Below are positions 51,301 through 64,000 of a stretch of 64,000 nucleotides of DNA, piece by piece (the first letter of the stretch is position 1; every line of letters begins with the position of its first letter). The DNA lies in NCBI GenBank assembly GCA_965285935.1, contig OZ260665.1, positions 52,266,001 to 52,330,000 of the forward strand, written 5' to 3'. Source of the DNA: Ophelia neglecta. Lineage: Eukaryota. The position numbers and the translations under genes are program-made. The notes under the pieces were generated by a model. That model saw only the letters and a program-made list of their open reading frames with translations. It did not search any database and was not told the origin of the DNA.

Positions 51301-54300
51301 TCATGTTTTGTCATAACTGACTCCTCCAAGAATTCACTTGCCTGTATATATGTGATTCTTTCCAAAAATAAAGATTTATCACTCCCTAGAAAAGGGATTT
51401 TGTGTTCCTTGCAAGCATAAAAGACATATTAGTTCCCATTAATATGCGATACTGTCGTCTAAAGTTATGAATAAATCATGATCTTTTGAGATGACATTAA
51501 TTGCAAAATTCTAATAACAAAGTGTCCCATATTGTCATAGTATAGGCTGTACTTACTTAAGAATCATTTGTAAGGCTCAAATTTATAGCATAAATTTTTA
51601 TCTGATGAAATCCTAGAGGCCTACAAACATATGCATGAGATATATGTATGAGATAGAGTGTGTACAGTTTTTCCCAGTTCTTTAGTAACTAGGTGACTCT
51701 GTTGATGATAACCAGTCTGTCTCTCTGAGCCGTTTTGGCCCCACTAGGCCCGTTTGAGGCCCCTTTTGCTATAGTGGAGGTGGAGCAGCAATGAGCTTGC
51801 AAGGTATTTTGCCCTGATGCTTCAATCATATGTCTGTTTCCTGTTGCCAGAAGACAAATTAGAGAAGTCATAGCCGTCTACTGTACAGAAAGTGGTGCTT
51901 TTTTTTATCTCTTCTCTCAATGGTCTGTTGGGCAAACAGCCATTTTCTAAAGTGTCTGTTTGATTGCCAGTTCTTTTCTGAGATTTACATTGATGCCATG
52001 TGGCTAAAGAAATTGACATTTGAATATATTTTTGTCAATTTTTTTTTATATACAGGTAATTTATATTAATTACTTTTAATAATGTGTTGGTAATAATTAA
52101 GTTTGCTTTTACATGCACATTTACATGTATGTGCACGGCAGTTGCATTTATTCTAATTGGGTGTAAAATTTTGCTTTCAGTTGATTATAATAACATTTAG
52201 CTTGAGAGGATATCATATCTTGAAATATTACCTCGCTCAGAAATAATTTCAGGAAGCCTTGTGATCACTGAGGCAAAAATACTCTTTCAAGTACAATAAA
52301 TGTTAGGGCTGAAGGTAATATCCTGATAAATGGGATCACTAGCTGATCTGTATGCAGGCTCTGCCCTGCTCCAAGGTGACTTAACAGGGGATTACTGAGA
52401 AATACATCATTACATATCCACTGGCTGTACCTACAGAACTCCCCTCGTCCTTCTCCCAATGTTGTAGTATGTTGAAACTACAGACATTTATTTCTAATTT
52501 TGAAGGTAATAGCTAATTTATATATTTTATATCTCTAATAAATGTTGTTTGTGCATTTTTAACAATGTAGAATTCTATATTTTGTTTTTGTTAAATTTAT
52601 CATTAAACACAGAACAGTACTAATGATTGTAGTTCTCCTAGTATCTGACCCCTCCTGAAACTCTTTGTCTAACAGAACAACATTTCTATGTTAGTATTTT
52701 GTTGTTGAAATGATTTATCTTGGAAAATGTTTGCAAAGAAATTAGGCAGGCTCAAAAATGATGTGCAGACTTTTTCCTTAACAAATTTGCGAGTATTGCT
52801 TCTTAAAAAAACTGCTCCATTATATAACCAGTTGGGGCAATATTGCCTTCATTATCTGTTTTTTTGTCAGTTTCTTTCAATTCTCGACTGGCGCCTTATT
52901 TCTTGCAAATGCTTTAATCGTGTTATTTGATAATCTATTTAGGTCTGTCTTAGGATGAAGTGAGTTGACAAATTTCGAAGTGACATGAACTCAATAAATC
53001 TGTGGGAGATACATTAAATAGTAATCAATACTTGGTCTAGGTTAAACTTCTTGTGTTAATGGTTGCCATTGGGTTCACCAGTAATGGTTGCTATGTAAAC
53101 CTAGGTTTTTTTTAGTGTCAGTGAAAGCCACTCTATGTTTATGTAGGCAAGGATGACATATGGTAGGGCTAGGTAAACTCCCAAACCAGGCGGTATGATG
53201 CTTCCACCAATGTATAGAAAATAAATGCCACTTACTAAAAACTGTGATATTTGGTACTTAAAATATCAAAGATATTAAGGATATCACTTCAAGATTGTTG
53301 CCCAATATAAAATAGACCATACAAGTAGATTTACAAAAGGTTATAACAGATACACCGCTGTTTATTCGAATGCCAAGGAATTATTTGGACTTGGCTGTTG
53401 CTTTAAATGTACTGCTGCCTGGAAAACAGCATTTTATCATCATTAAAAAACGTGTCAGGTGGACGATCGCTTACAGTAAAAGCAGCTTTTAGAGTCTCCT
53501 AAAGGGCAAGTGTGTTTGGCATTGAGGTTATCGCTCGATGAGGTGTAATTTGTGCCTTTTTAAACTCTTCCTGTTCCCAGCTTAACATGACACTTAGCCC
53601 CCATTTTCCTGATTTCCTATTGCCTAGATTCTCCAATAGAGCTAGTGGTCTTGGCTACACCCATATGACAACTATTCAATTAATTTAGTCACACAGTGTA
53701 TCTGTGATGACTATAGCAATAACACAAACAAATAAAGCCTTCTATTTTTGATGGTATCATTGGTATGGAGCAGAGATACTTGCCAGCCCACTCTGCTCAA
53801 TTTGCTGGGAAGCAAATCTGGCCGGTATGAAATGAAGCAGGGATCCAACAGCCAATGAGAGAAGGTCTAAGACTTGGCCACTGAAAAGACTTGGGCGGGA
53901 AGTGTTGCCAACAAGGGAAAGTTACAGTGAGAGCATAAGGCTCTGCCCAGGATATGCTATTTAGCCCAGGAATCAGGGCCACAACAGAGTGGGAACTGTC
54001 GCTGTAAGTTGCAAAAGCGGCCAGAACAGAGAAGCTTAGGAGGGCAAGTGGGGACAAGAGCTGGCGGGAATGAAAAAGGACATGTGGCCACAGAGCTCCT
54101 TGAGCCAGAGCACTGAGCACCGGAGAGGAGCTGCGTGATTAAAGCCCTGAAAGGATATCACCCTAGGCCAGAAGCGACACAGGAGAGCTGTCCTGGCCAG
54201 CTGGGCTGGCCTCAGTCAGCTAGCCATTCCATACCATAAACTGGCGTGTGAAGCTTCCTAGAAATCAGGCAACCTTCCCAGAGGAATGCATGGTCTTCAA

Positions 54301-55561
54301 TTGCCAAGCTCTGATCAACATTAGTATGGAGGCCAAATTGCAGCCCATTACTGGCGATTGAGCCTTCTTTAAGACATCATGACTTACTGACAGTGAAATC
54401 TCTAGCCGGTTGAGAGAGTGACATCCAGGATTTAAAGCTGCATTTCTTCTCAGCCTGAATGTTTGAAGCTTTATTGGCAGGCACCAAACAACTTCTTGTT
54501 ACTAATTCATGATATTGGAGGATGTTTGACACATATCAACACCATTGTCCATGCATGTGAAATTGTGTATTGTCCATGGTTATTGATAGTGAAGAATTGA
54601 TAGCTGCAACTTAAAATATGGGTATATATTCGCAGAACACTGTCCAACTGAGAACAGTTGTAATGCATCTTGAAGGTCGGCATAAAGACCAAAATCGCCT
54701 ACATGTATTGTTCGAGAGGTGGAATGTGGCTTGCTGAGTCTGGCTGATTATTGGCTTTGTTTGCTCCCATGACTGTATAGTATACATCCTGACTGTCATT
54801 GTGACTGCCTAAATGGCTGATGGAAGATCCAAGCCAAGAAATTGCTTATCTATTAAACATTTTGGTGTTCCCAGAGGACTTGTGTTTCAAAATAGCTTTT
54901 GGAGTGGGTGAGTTTTGGAACTATTCATTGAGCGATGGCTGAGCTGGAAGTTGTACAGGATTATTGGAAACAACAACAGAGACTGTCAGTTTAAACGTTA
55001 CATGCATTGTATGTGTCAGAGGATACTCTGTAATATCAATTCAAACCTGTTGGGTTTTTTTATCTGACTCTATTTACATTGATATTCATAAAATTATGTA
55101 CACATATCTGGTTTTACCATTTTAATTCTATTTGTTGTTTTCAAGAGGAATGAAAGTTGCTAATTAGAACTTTGTATGGAACTGAGAGTATTCTGTATGC
55201 CTATTGGAAAGAGATATTGATCAGTATTCACCTGAGGATTTATTCTATCTGATGACATGGTGTTAGATCTGTGAGCTGCGATGGCTGTTCTGCGATTATC
55301 AGTACTAAAGTTAATGTAAATGTCAAAATCCAGCGTGGTAATATCTCAGGATTGAAAGAAACGGAAAGATACTATCTCAGCTCAGATAGAAAAACACGGC
55401 AAGAGACTATTTCAGAGAGAAAACTTGAGTTAGTCTGGCTCAGGACTTTCCCCTGCTTTCCTCTCATCTACATGTGTGAATATTTTGAGGCAGTGATTGC
55501 CTCAAGCCTATATTACTGTTGATACTGCCCATGTTGTGGGAGAAGGTGCCTCTGTATTCAG

Positions 55562-55785
55562 GCATGGATCATTTTGAGTGTGAGTACCAGAGTCTGGCTC
55601 TTGTCAGCCGAGACCCGGAATGGCCACTGCCCATTTTCGAGGAGTACCCGACCACAGACATGGACACGTCCTCGGTGTCGGACACGGCCTCCTCCTCGGA
55701 TGCCATGTACACCATAGCGCGGGAGCATGCTGGCCTCCAGCACCCTGCCACTGCCCTGGAGGCCGTCCTGGAGATCACTCAGCAG
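55562..55785 (+). CDS. Putative alternative coding exon (MDHFECEYQSLALVSRDPEWPLPIFEEYPTTDMDTSSVSDTASSSDAMYTIAREHAGLQHPATALEAVLEITQQ), probably of the lin-10/APBA gene
   Basis: GC/CpG-rich island with strong G/C at third codon positions in this frame. Acceptor ctctgtattcAG (55560-61), ATG at 55564 in ggcATGg context (another in-frame ATG at 55531), donor CAG|GTgggt in phase 0. No recognised homology. Confidence 0.6.
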
Positions 55786-58169
55786 GTGGGTGCCCAGCAT
55801 CTCTATACAGTTACAGCTGCATACACAGACTGATGTCTTACTGTATAATGAATACATAACCCAGTAATAAAAACCACAAACAGCTAGCTGCACATTAAAG
55901 CCACAAATACTGGTATGCCCTCAATAATTAAAGACATTTCCAGCTACCATGATAATTTACTACCTTTTTCCGAGTAATTATTCTGCTTAAAGGCAGAACA
56001 ACAGGAAATATTAATCGAAATATGTGTCAATAAGTAGATGTATTTCAGCCCCAAAACACGGCATCATTCTGAATATTAGTGTATGCTTCATTCTATACTT
56101 AGACTGGGTAAACACCGTTAAACAGCACCGATCATCAAGAGGCACTGTAAGTCATTGGCAGACACATGAATCTCCTAGAGCTGTTAGAGCTTTTATCTGC
56201 CCCCCTGCGGAACTTTTTAATGGCGCATATATAGCTGAGGAACTAGTCCTAGGGATGGCAAAATGTCAGTGTACAATGGATATTTACAGATGTACCTGAG
56301 GCTAGCTGTTAATCATTCAGCTAAATTTTAAGATTTAGCATGCTCCCTTTAGAACCTAGTCCTGTTTTGTCAAACCTTGGATAACACTAAGTCCTAGACA
56401 GGGAAGTCATTAATTGTGACTGTCTACCATATTTTCGTAGTCTGTGAGTCTTTGTTGATTTGATATGTGCATGAAATTGCCTGACACAAACTCGTCACTG
56501 CTGTATGCCAGTATGGACATTTAGTCCAGCCACTATAAAACTTTGACAAATGAAGTGTGCTGCAGATTTCAAAATCAATACAAGAGGCATTTTTATAGCT
56601 ACAGTTTGCAGTCATACATGAAAAGAATTAAGTGCAGAGTATTGTAGTTCCAGGCAGTTACAGCCAGCTCTTCAATCCCTAGAATGCAAAATTTCAGATT
56701 TGCTAGTAGACTGAACTCTGTATGTCCATTTCTCTGGAAGAGAATTTCTTTCACATTTCTATTTTCTTTTTTCCACTTCCTGTGATGTATTTTACATAAA
56801 CTGAACTTGAGGTGGCCCAACAAAGTGGAAAATGTCATTGTTGTTTTGCTTCTCTGGCATAGTACGTGACATTGTTTTGCTATACATCATTTACCAGGTG
56901 CAAAGACACAATTATAGGACTGATTGATTTGATAAATCTATTTCTCATCTAAACGGCAATTTTCCTATTAATTTTTCCATTAGCTGGTTCCCAATGGTCT
57001 CAACTCCTCATCAGCAGTTTGCTTCCTGTTAGGCTTTGCCACATCAGATTATTATCTCGAAGCCAGTCATTTTTCTGCTACCTTTTTGCGAAGCAGGTTT
57101 GTTTCCCTCATGTTATCATTATGATTGGCTTGGATGGAGAGGTAATTGTAGCAAGGACTTCTCTAAGTAATCTTGTCCGTGTAGCAATCTTGGTTGGATA
57201 AACCTGACTTTAATAGTACAAAAGCTAGCCCTAGGTCATGTGGCCTTTATAGTTATTTTCACGCTTCCATCCATAAGAAATCTGCTAGAAAAGTTGGAAA
57301 ATCGGAGTACACTATTCAAGCCCTTGGCAGCTAAATGTAATTAAGCCAGAGATGAAGTTGACTTCTTTAAAACTTTCAGATTTAGTCACAGACCATATAC
57401 ATATACATGTCATTGTATTAAAGGCATACTGGTAGTAATAGTGTGCAGGAATTTTGTTTTCACATCAGGCAACTTTGAAATATTTAGCAAAATTGATGAG
57501 GGTTTAACCAAATGAGGGTGGTAAATGGCTTTAATTAGCCTGTCCAGTTGATGGAAATTTTGTACTTTATTGAGTTTAACCAATCTGGAATGGAACAGGA
57601 CCATCAGTGAAATATTTCACTTGGATTAAAGAAGCATGTATACCAGCAATTCCTGGAATGCAAAATAAGTACCAGTAGGTGTAAAAAACCAAGAAAGTAG
57701 TGATAAAAAAAGCACTTAATCTCTGTTAGTTTTTCATCTAGTGGGTTTGGTATTACTAATGAATAAAACACTGAATTCCTGAAATGAAGTAAGGGGCTCA
57801 AAGTATGTCGTGATTGTTCATTTCCTGCTATGCAATCAGTCTCAATTTGTGTTCTCGGAGAGTGCTGGCTGCAGGTATTTTTTCCGCTCAAGACTTTCAT
57901 ATACTGTAATCAGTGCTAGGCCCTCTACGTCTGCATCGGAGGCTAGAAGATCAATGGGATCCCTTATGAGTTAGCTCTGGTATGAAAAACTTGACTTAAT
58001 GCATTGACCATGTCACTGTGACATGTGTGATACATGGTGTTTGGTCTTCAGTCCAATTGTCTTTGGCTCTTTGAGTACTGTTGTAATGATAACACTTCAT
58101 GTACAGATTGGTCTCAAGGGAAATCATAGCCCACAAATCAGGAGCAGCCAGGGTAAAGATTCTCTTCTA

Positions 58170-59266
58170 ATAGTCAGGAACTGTGTGTAGAAGTCGCATG
58201 TGATGGTCAGGGGCAGTGTGTAGAGATCACACATCGTATTGTCAGGAGCAGTGTGTAGAGATCACACGTCTTATTGTCAGGGGCAGTGTGTAGAGATCAC
58301 ATGTCTTATTGTCAGGGGCAGTGTGTAGAGATCATATCTCTTATTGTTAGGGGCAGTGTGTAGAGATCACACGTATTGTTAGGCGCAATGTATAGAGATC
58401 ACACCTCTTATTGCCAGGAGCAATGTGTAGAGAAAACACATCTTATTGTCAGGGTCGGTTTGTAGAGATAACACATCATATTAGCAGGGGCAGTGTGTAT
58501 AGATCACACAGCTCATGGTCAGATACAGTGGGTGGAGATCACACCTCTCATGGTCAGATACAGTGGGTGGAGATCACACCTCTCAAGGTCAGATACAGTG
58601 GGTGGAGATCACACAGCTCATTGTCTGATTCAGTGGGTAGAGATCACACGGCTCATGGTCAGATACAGTGGGTTGAGATCCCGCCTCTCATGGTCAGATA
58701 CAGTGGGTAGTGATCCCACCTCTCAAGGTCAGATACAGTGGGTGGAGATCACACCTCTCAAGGTCAGATACAGTGGGTGGAGATCACACCTCTCAAGGTC
58801 AGATACAGTGGGTGGAGATCACACCTCTCATGGTCAGATACAGTGGGTATAGATCACACGTCTCATTGTCTGATTCAGTGGGTAGAGATCACACGGCTCA
58901 TGGTCAGATACAGTGGGTTGAGATCACACCTCTCATGGTTAGATACAGTGGGTAGTAATCCCACCTCTCAAGGTCAGATACAGTGGGTGGAGATTACACC
59001 TCTCAAGGTCAGATACAGTGGGTGAAGATCACACCTCTCATGGTCAGATACAGTGGGTAGAGATCACACCTCTCATGGTCAGATACAGTGGGTAGTGATC
59101 CCACCTCTCATGGTCAGATACAGTGGGTAGAGATCACACGTCTCATTGTCAGATTCAGTGGGTAGAGATCACACCTCTGATGGTCAGATACAGGTTATAG
59201 GGATCACCCCTCTGATGGTCAGATACAGTGTGTTGAGATCACACGTGGTTTCATGGTCAGAGGCAG
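58170..59266. repeat. Minisatellite, 35-bp unit, about 30 copies, two sequence subtypes
   Basis: 5' subtype tgtcaggggcagtgtgtagagatcacac..cttat (to about 58510), then homogeneous ggtcagatacagtgggtggagatcacacctctca(t/a). Confidence 0.96.
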
Positions 59267-62200
59267 TTTCTGGGGCTAAAATATCTAATAAGCAGGAACA
59301 GCATATAGATAACTTTCCTAGCTAAGTAAAATTGTTGTACCTGAAACATGATTACCACACTTGAAACTTCATTCCCGCAAAAACGTCATTCAATTTCATC
59401 TCTTGGAGACAAGTTTTTGTTATTTCAGGGTAGTTGAATTTGCTTTTTACTTATTAGTTCTGTGATAAAGTTGTCAGTCAATGCAGTGATATATTGGGTA
59501 TTCACAGCCAGAAGTGTTTTCTAGGCCAACAATAATTGGTATGAATTCAATGAAGTTGATGGTTTCAGCCAAAAATAAGCTTAAGCATCCATATTGCAGT
59601 AATAGAGTTGTCATAGAATCAAGGCAGCAAAACTTACAAGTGTTTGTGTTTTCCAGCCAGTGAGTGGTGCCTGATGGTGGTTTACAGCATTCCATCTCAC
59701 CTAGCTGAATCAGCAGATCTGGTTGGCAGCAATCAGAGCTTATAGGGTGGCCACAGGGGTGGCTTACATATCACCCAATATTGATCCAAACGCGAAGGGA
59801 AGTGTAGAATTTGTGTTATTTCTGGGTTACATCATGTATAATGCGTAGAGTGCAGATTACAACTTGTTTGACTGTCTGCCGAGACCGGATGCATAGGATT
59901 TTCACAGAATTAACACTGTGAAAGAAACAGTCTAATGGGAAATTTTCATCACAAGAGGCATTGACCCATACTTACAAGTACATGTAGCTCTCTTGTCACC
60001 TGGAAATTCAGATATTCAATATTTCATTACTTATACTTATCCAAGCGTGCCCGATAGTTGGGAGGAAAGCTGTCCTCAGCCTGTTGTTGGCCAGTGTTTT
60101 GGCAAATGGCCTAAAACAATTTATTGATTTTGTATTAGAGCTGTCTGCTGCATGAAATAATGCTTCTGAATTTCGACCTAGAAGCAGCTCTACGTTCCGA
60201 TGGTGCCTGTAGCGCTGCCTAGAGGTACCTTTATGTTTTAAAGCTAATAACTCATTTTTCTTTAGTAGTTTACTCATCACCGGCTGCAGGGGGTTGTTTA
60301 TATCTTAATGGAAAGTAAGAATATCTTCCCAAGAAGCAGGTTTTTATGAGCCTTTTAGAGGCCTCTGGACACCTGATGCATGTCTTCTCCTGTACCTATA
60401 GGGCAGGCACCATTGGAAGCGTCCATTCTGTTTCCTTTCTGATGGAAGTAAAATTAGGCCCAAGGGTTACTCTAACTTCTGGTGAAAGGCAATGCCAGTT
60501 AATACCGGGATGGAGTGGCTCTGGAGATCTATGAAGGGCCTTTTTGCCTTAAAGTGATATTGGTTGTGAAATTAAAGTATCAGCAGATCAATATTTTAAT
60601 TTGATCAGGATATAGATTATAGAGACATACAGTGTGGTGTTATTCTGTCAGAAACAACATTTTCAGCATAGCACATACAGAGTTTCTCTTTACCATTTAC
60701 TAATTTGATTATGAACATACACTATAAATCTGTTAATTGTTAATAATATAATCATACAACAATGATCAGATCTACAGTCTTCACCATTTACCATGTTTCA
60801 GTGTATGTGAATCAATAATATTTGGCATATTCATCTCCTGCATATGTGTATTACTCACGGCAACCATTGGTGACGATGGGAAATGAAAATGTATTGGCTC
60901 TGGTGGACATAACTTTCATTTCTATGCTTGAAAAGCTGACATTGTTAGCCTTTATCCTGCCTGGTTCAGCTGCAGCTCTTCCCCGGTGCTCCTGTCACAG
61001 ATATGAATCCTATCTACAAACACAGACTTGTTGAGCTGGCATTGTCTGGTCCTTATCAGATTCCTCAACCACTCTATTTCAGTGGAGTCCTGGGATTAAG
61101 ACTAGCTAAGTAATCTCTTGCTCTCTGACTCAATAATGGTATAAGGATTACTTTTTAAGGCTTTTTCATGATTATGAATTGCAAAAATTGCATGATTATT
61201 ACAGGATCCTTGAAATAATGCGTTCTGGGGTATAATTAGAAGACTATTATCTGTAATGAAGCCCTTTGTGTCTGGTCTATAGGTGTGGTCTATCATGATG
61301 GGAGTTAGAGAGGTGCCTGAGGGGAGGGCTGTTAGCAGTGGGTTATTATACCCAGCTGACAGTATCAGTGTGTTGGCATTTTGGTGAAAAGAGATGTGGG
61401 TGAAAGGTAGAAAGTTGGAGGGGCCTTTCATTATTGAGGGTTGCCACCCTGTCCAGATCATTCATCTCAGTTAACAGCTTACAGTGCTCGTGTGTGACTC
61501 ACCTGTTGTGAGAGACAAGAAGACGCCTAAATCATGTGTATCTCAGTTATCTGGTGGAAACTCAAACTCTAATTTGAGAGTGAGTGACTTCAAAATTGCT
61601 TTGACATTCATGGCAGAACACAAATAAATTTGTCCAGGGTTGCCAAGAGATGGCATTTGGCACTCTCATCGGCAGCCGTCAATTTTGCCAAAGTGGTCTT
61701 CACCAATTCAGTTTGCCCCACAGACACTGTATATCGGGCTTGATGTAGCTAGATGTACAAAGCCATAACAGGGAAAAAACAGCTGTAAAGATGAGAGCGA
61801 CAGCATGGCAGCTTGTTTTCCACATAACTCTGCTCAGATGCCTATTTCTACCTGGCCTGCCGCACCTACATGTATAACATTGTCTTGTCTCCAGCCACAG
61901 GAAGCATATGCACCTCATAAAAACACTATGGCCTCCCTCCAGCCTCATGAAAACTTGATTATCCTCATACAGCCAATGTGTAGATAGCAGCTGACTCCTC
62001 TATAAAGCTGTTTCTCCAGCCCTTTTATGCTTCACTAACTGAATAGGAGGAAATTATTTAGTCATTATTGACCCTTGTTAAAAAAAATGAATTGAAAGGG
62101 ATTTTTCATCCCTTGAGATCTCTACAAAACTGGAGTGGCGTCTGCAGGCACACATTAACATAACCAGTAATGACATTGCCTTTTGAAGGTACTATCATTT

Positions 62201-64000
62201 CTGTCCACCCCGTTATTGCTTCAAATATGTAGACAGTACTACATGCAGAGAAAATCATTCCTTGATCATTTTGTAATATGATGATTTTTTCATCATATTT
62301 GAAGGAATAATTCAGGTGTTGAACCTCTCAGAATATTATCAACACTATTTACTATATGAAGGTTATCCATCAGGTTTGTTTTGTCTCAAGGAATCCATTT
62401 TCAGGCTAGTTGAACAATAAAAAGAAAGTCTGAAAATACAAGGTGGGGTCAAATGAACAATAATGTGTCAGGAACTCTACAGGGAATCAAGACATCATGG
62501 TGACGCCATCCTGTATACAGTGAATACTCCAGTATTGGACAGAGGCTTTCAATATGTTTTTACCTACACAAAAAAAGCCCCAGCATTATAGGAGGTCATT
62601 TAAAAGGTGTTAAGTCTTTTTTGTATAAATCTACTCTTGCCAGAAGTTATCAATGTTGCTATTTTTGTTTGGCTTGAAGTTACTTTTACCAAATACTTTT
62701 ATCAAAATGAAATAAGATCATAACAAACACTTTTTTGTCTACATATTAATCCACCATTTTTTATGTGTAGGTTTACAAGAGGGCATTACTGGATTATGTA
62801 TGCAATATATAATACAGTTCAATTTCATCCTATTTTAAACAGGCAGCAACAAATAAGACATTTTTTAATTATCAGAATAAGAAAATCTGTTCTCTGAGAT
62901 TGTAGACATTTTCAAGAGAACATTGTCTTTGGTGATGTCAGCCTGATCCAGCCAGAGATGTAAAGAGCCTTACCACGGATTGGGTTTTGTCATCACTCTT
63001 TTTGACCAACTTTTGTCACCTATGGAATACCTAAGTCAAACCCATACACATGCTTCTTCTTTCTTGAGAATACCATTAAAAACGTTAAGGTGTACTAGAT
63101 TAAAAAAAATTCATTCAATGAAATAAATTTACTCATTTTGGTTAAAAAAAATTCTGAAGTAAGAGGAACTTAAAGCTGAACTAAGGACAATGTAGTTATT
63201 TCTATTTATTTCTAATTCTCATAGATTATTATTAAATCTGGTCCTTTGTCACACCATAAAAACTAAACACCTTAACTTCAATGCATACGCTTTTGATGGC
63301 ACGTGGAGCATGGTAAAATCCTGATCAAGATATGCCATTATTGTAATAAATTATTCGAATAAATGGCCTCTATGACCATCTAATCTAGCAGTGTGCATAG
63401 GACATGGATCCAGATCAGCATCATCTATTATCATTAGCCAAAAAACTGGATGTGAAATATTATGCTATGCAATAGCATCTAACCATCATAGTAACATGTA
63501 CCCCTAATGTTGTGGGTACATGAACACCAAAGGAAAGACCTTGTATGGGTAGGTACATATACATGGCAGTAATCTATAAAACCATAATGGCTGTGATAGT
63601 CATTAGAGTATCCTGTTTTGTAGGATAAAACCCTTTTTTTCTGTACATAAAAAATGACATTTATTCTCAGTATGGACTACTAATAGGTTGTGATATGGAG
63701 TGGTTCTAATGGTGTCCTTGATATTAATCAAGACCTATGTTTCAAGGTGAATTTGAAAAAAACTGTTTTCCAATGACAAATTGAAAACATTGATTTTGCC
63801 AATGCCTTGTGTTCACTTAAGGGCTCCATAGACATACAAAATATTTTTACCAAAGCAAAATCTGATGCCAAAACGCTCTAGGTAACTATAGAATATAAAG
63901 CAGTCTTTTATACCATTAGGAATGTAGGGGACGCCGGGATGGGTGGGTGGGAAAACTTGGAAACTCGTGTAGGCTTTAGCGAATATTTTAAAATGCGAGA

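Noticed and set aside
55558-55893. Minus-strand and alternate-frame ORFs over the 55.6-kb block
   Set aside because: Shadows of a GC-rich segment; third-position bias and splice signals favour the + frame of ORF 55519-55833.
58170-59266. CRISPR-like appearance of the 35-bp array (also the arrays at 7.8, 15.8 and 20.8 kb)
   Set aside because: Units are head-to-tail with no unique spacers, there are no cas genes, and the context is a eukaryotic intron.
55800-64000. Expected next Mint exon (AQ.IAQSIGQAF..AY) and PDZ exons
   Set aside because: Not found by eye or in the ORF track; presumed to lie downstream of the window.

Overview
AT-rich, CpG-poor eukaryotic genomic DNA from an invertebrate animal (a mollusc or other lophotrochozoan is my inference, not proven). 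The window lies inside one large + strand gene, the X11/Mint/LIN-10 (APBA family) adaptor. Eight phase-compatible GT-AG exons (2872-46410, 1465 nt, about 488 codons) encode part of the acidic low-complexity N-terminus and most of the PTB domain. I did not find the start codon, the last PTB helix (AQ.IAQSIGQAF) or the two PDZ domains in the window. The introns hold a TA-flanked Tc1/mariner-superfamily MITE, an eroded L2 LINE 3' end and several unrelated minisatellites, which explain most of the longer ORFs in the track. I found no prokaryotic-type system, CRISPR array or RNA gene. The most interesting signals concern splicing around the PTB domain: a well-supported 6-nt microexon, weaker 3-nt and stop-containing microexon candidates, and an unexplained coding-like exon (55.5-55.8 kb) with a candidate TATA-preceded leader exon, which could give a PTB-less PDZ isoform. 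TACATGTA palindromes are also strongly over-represented.
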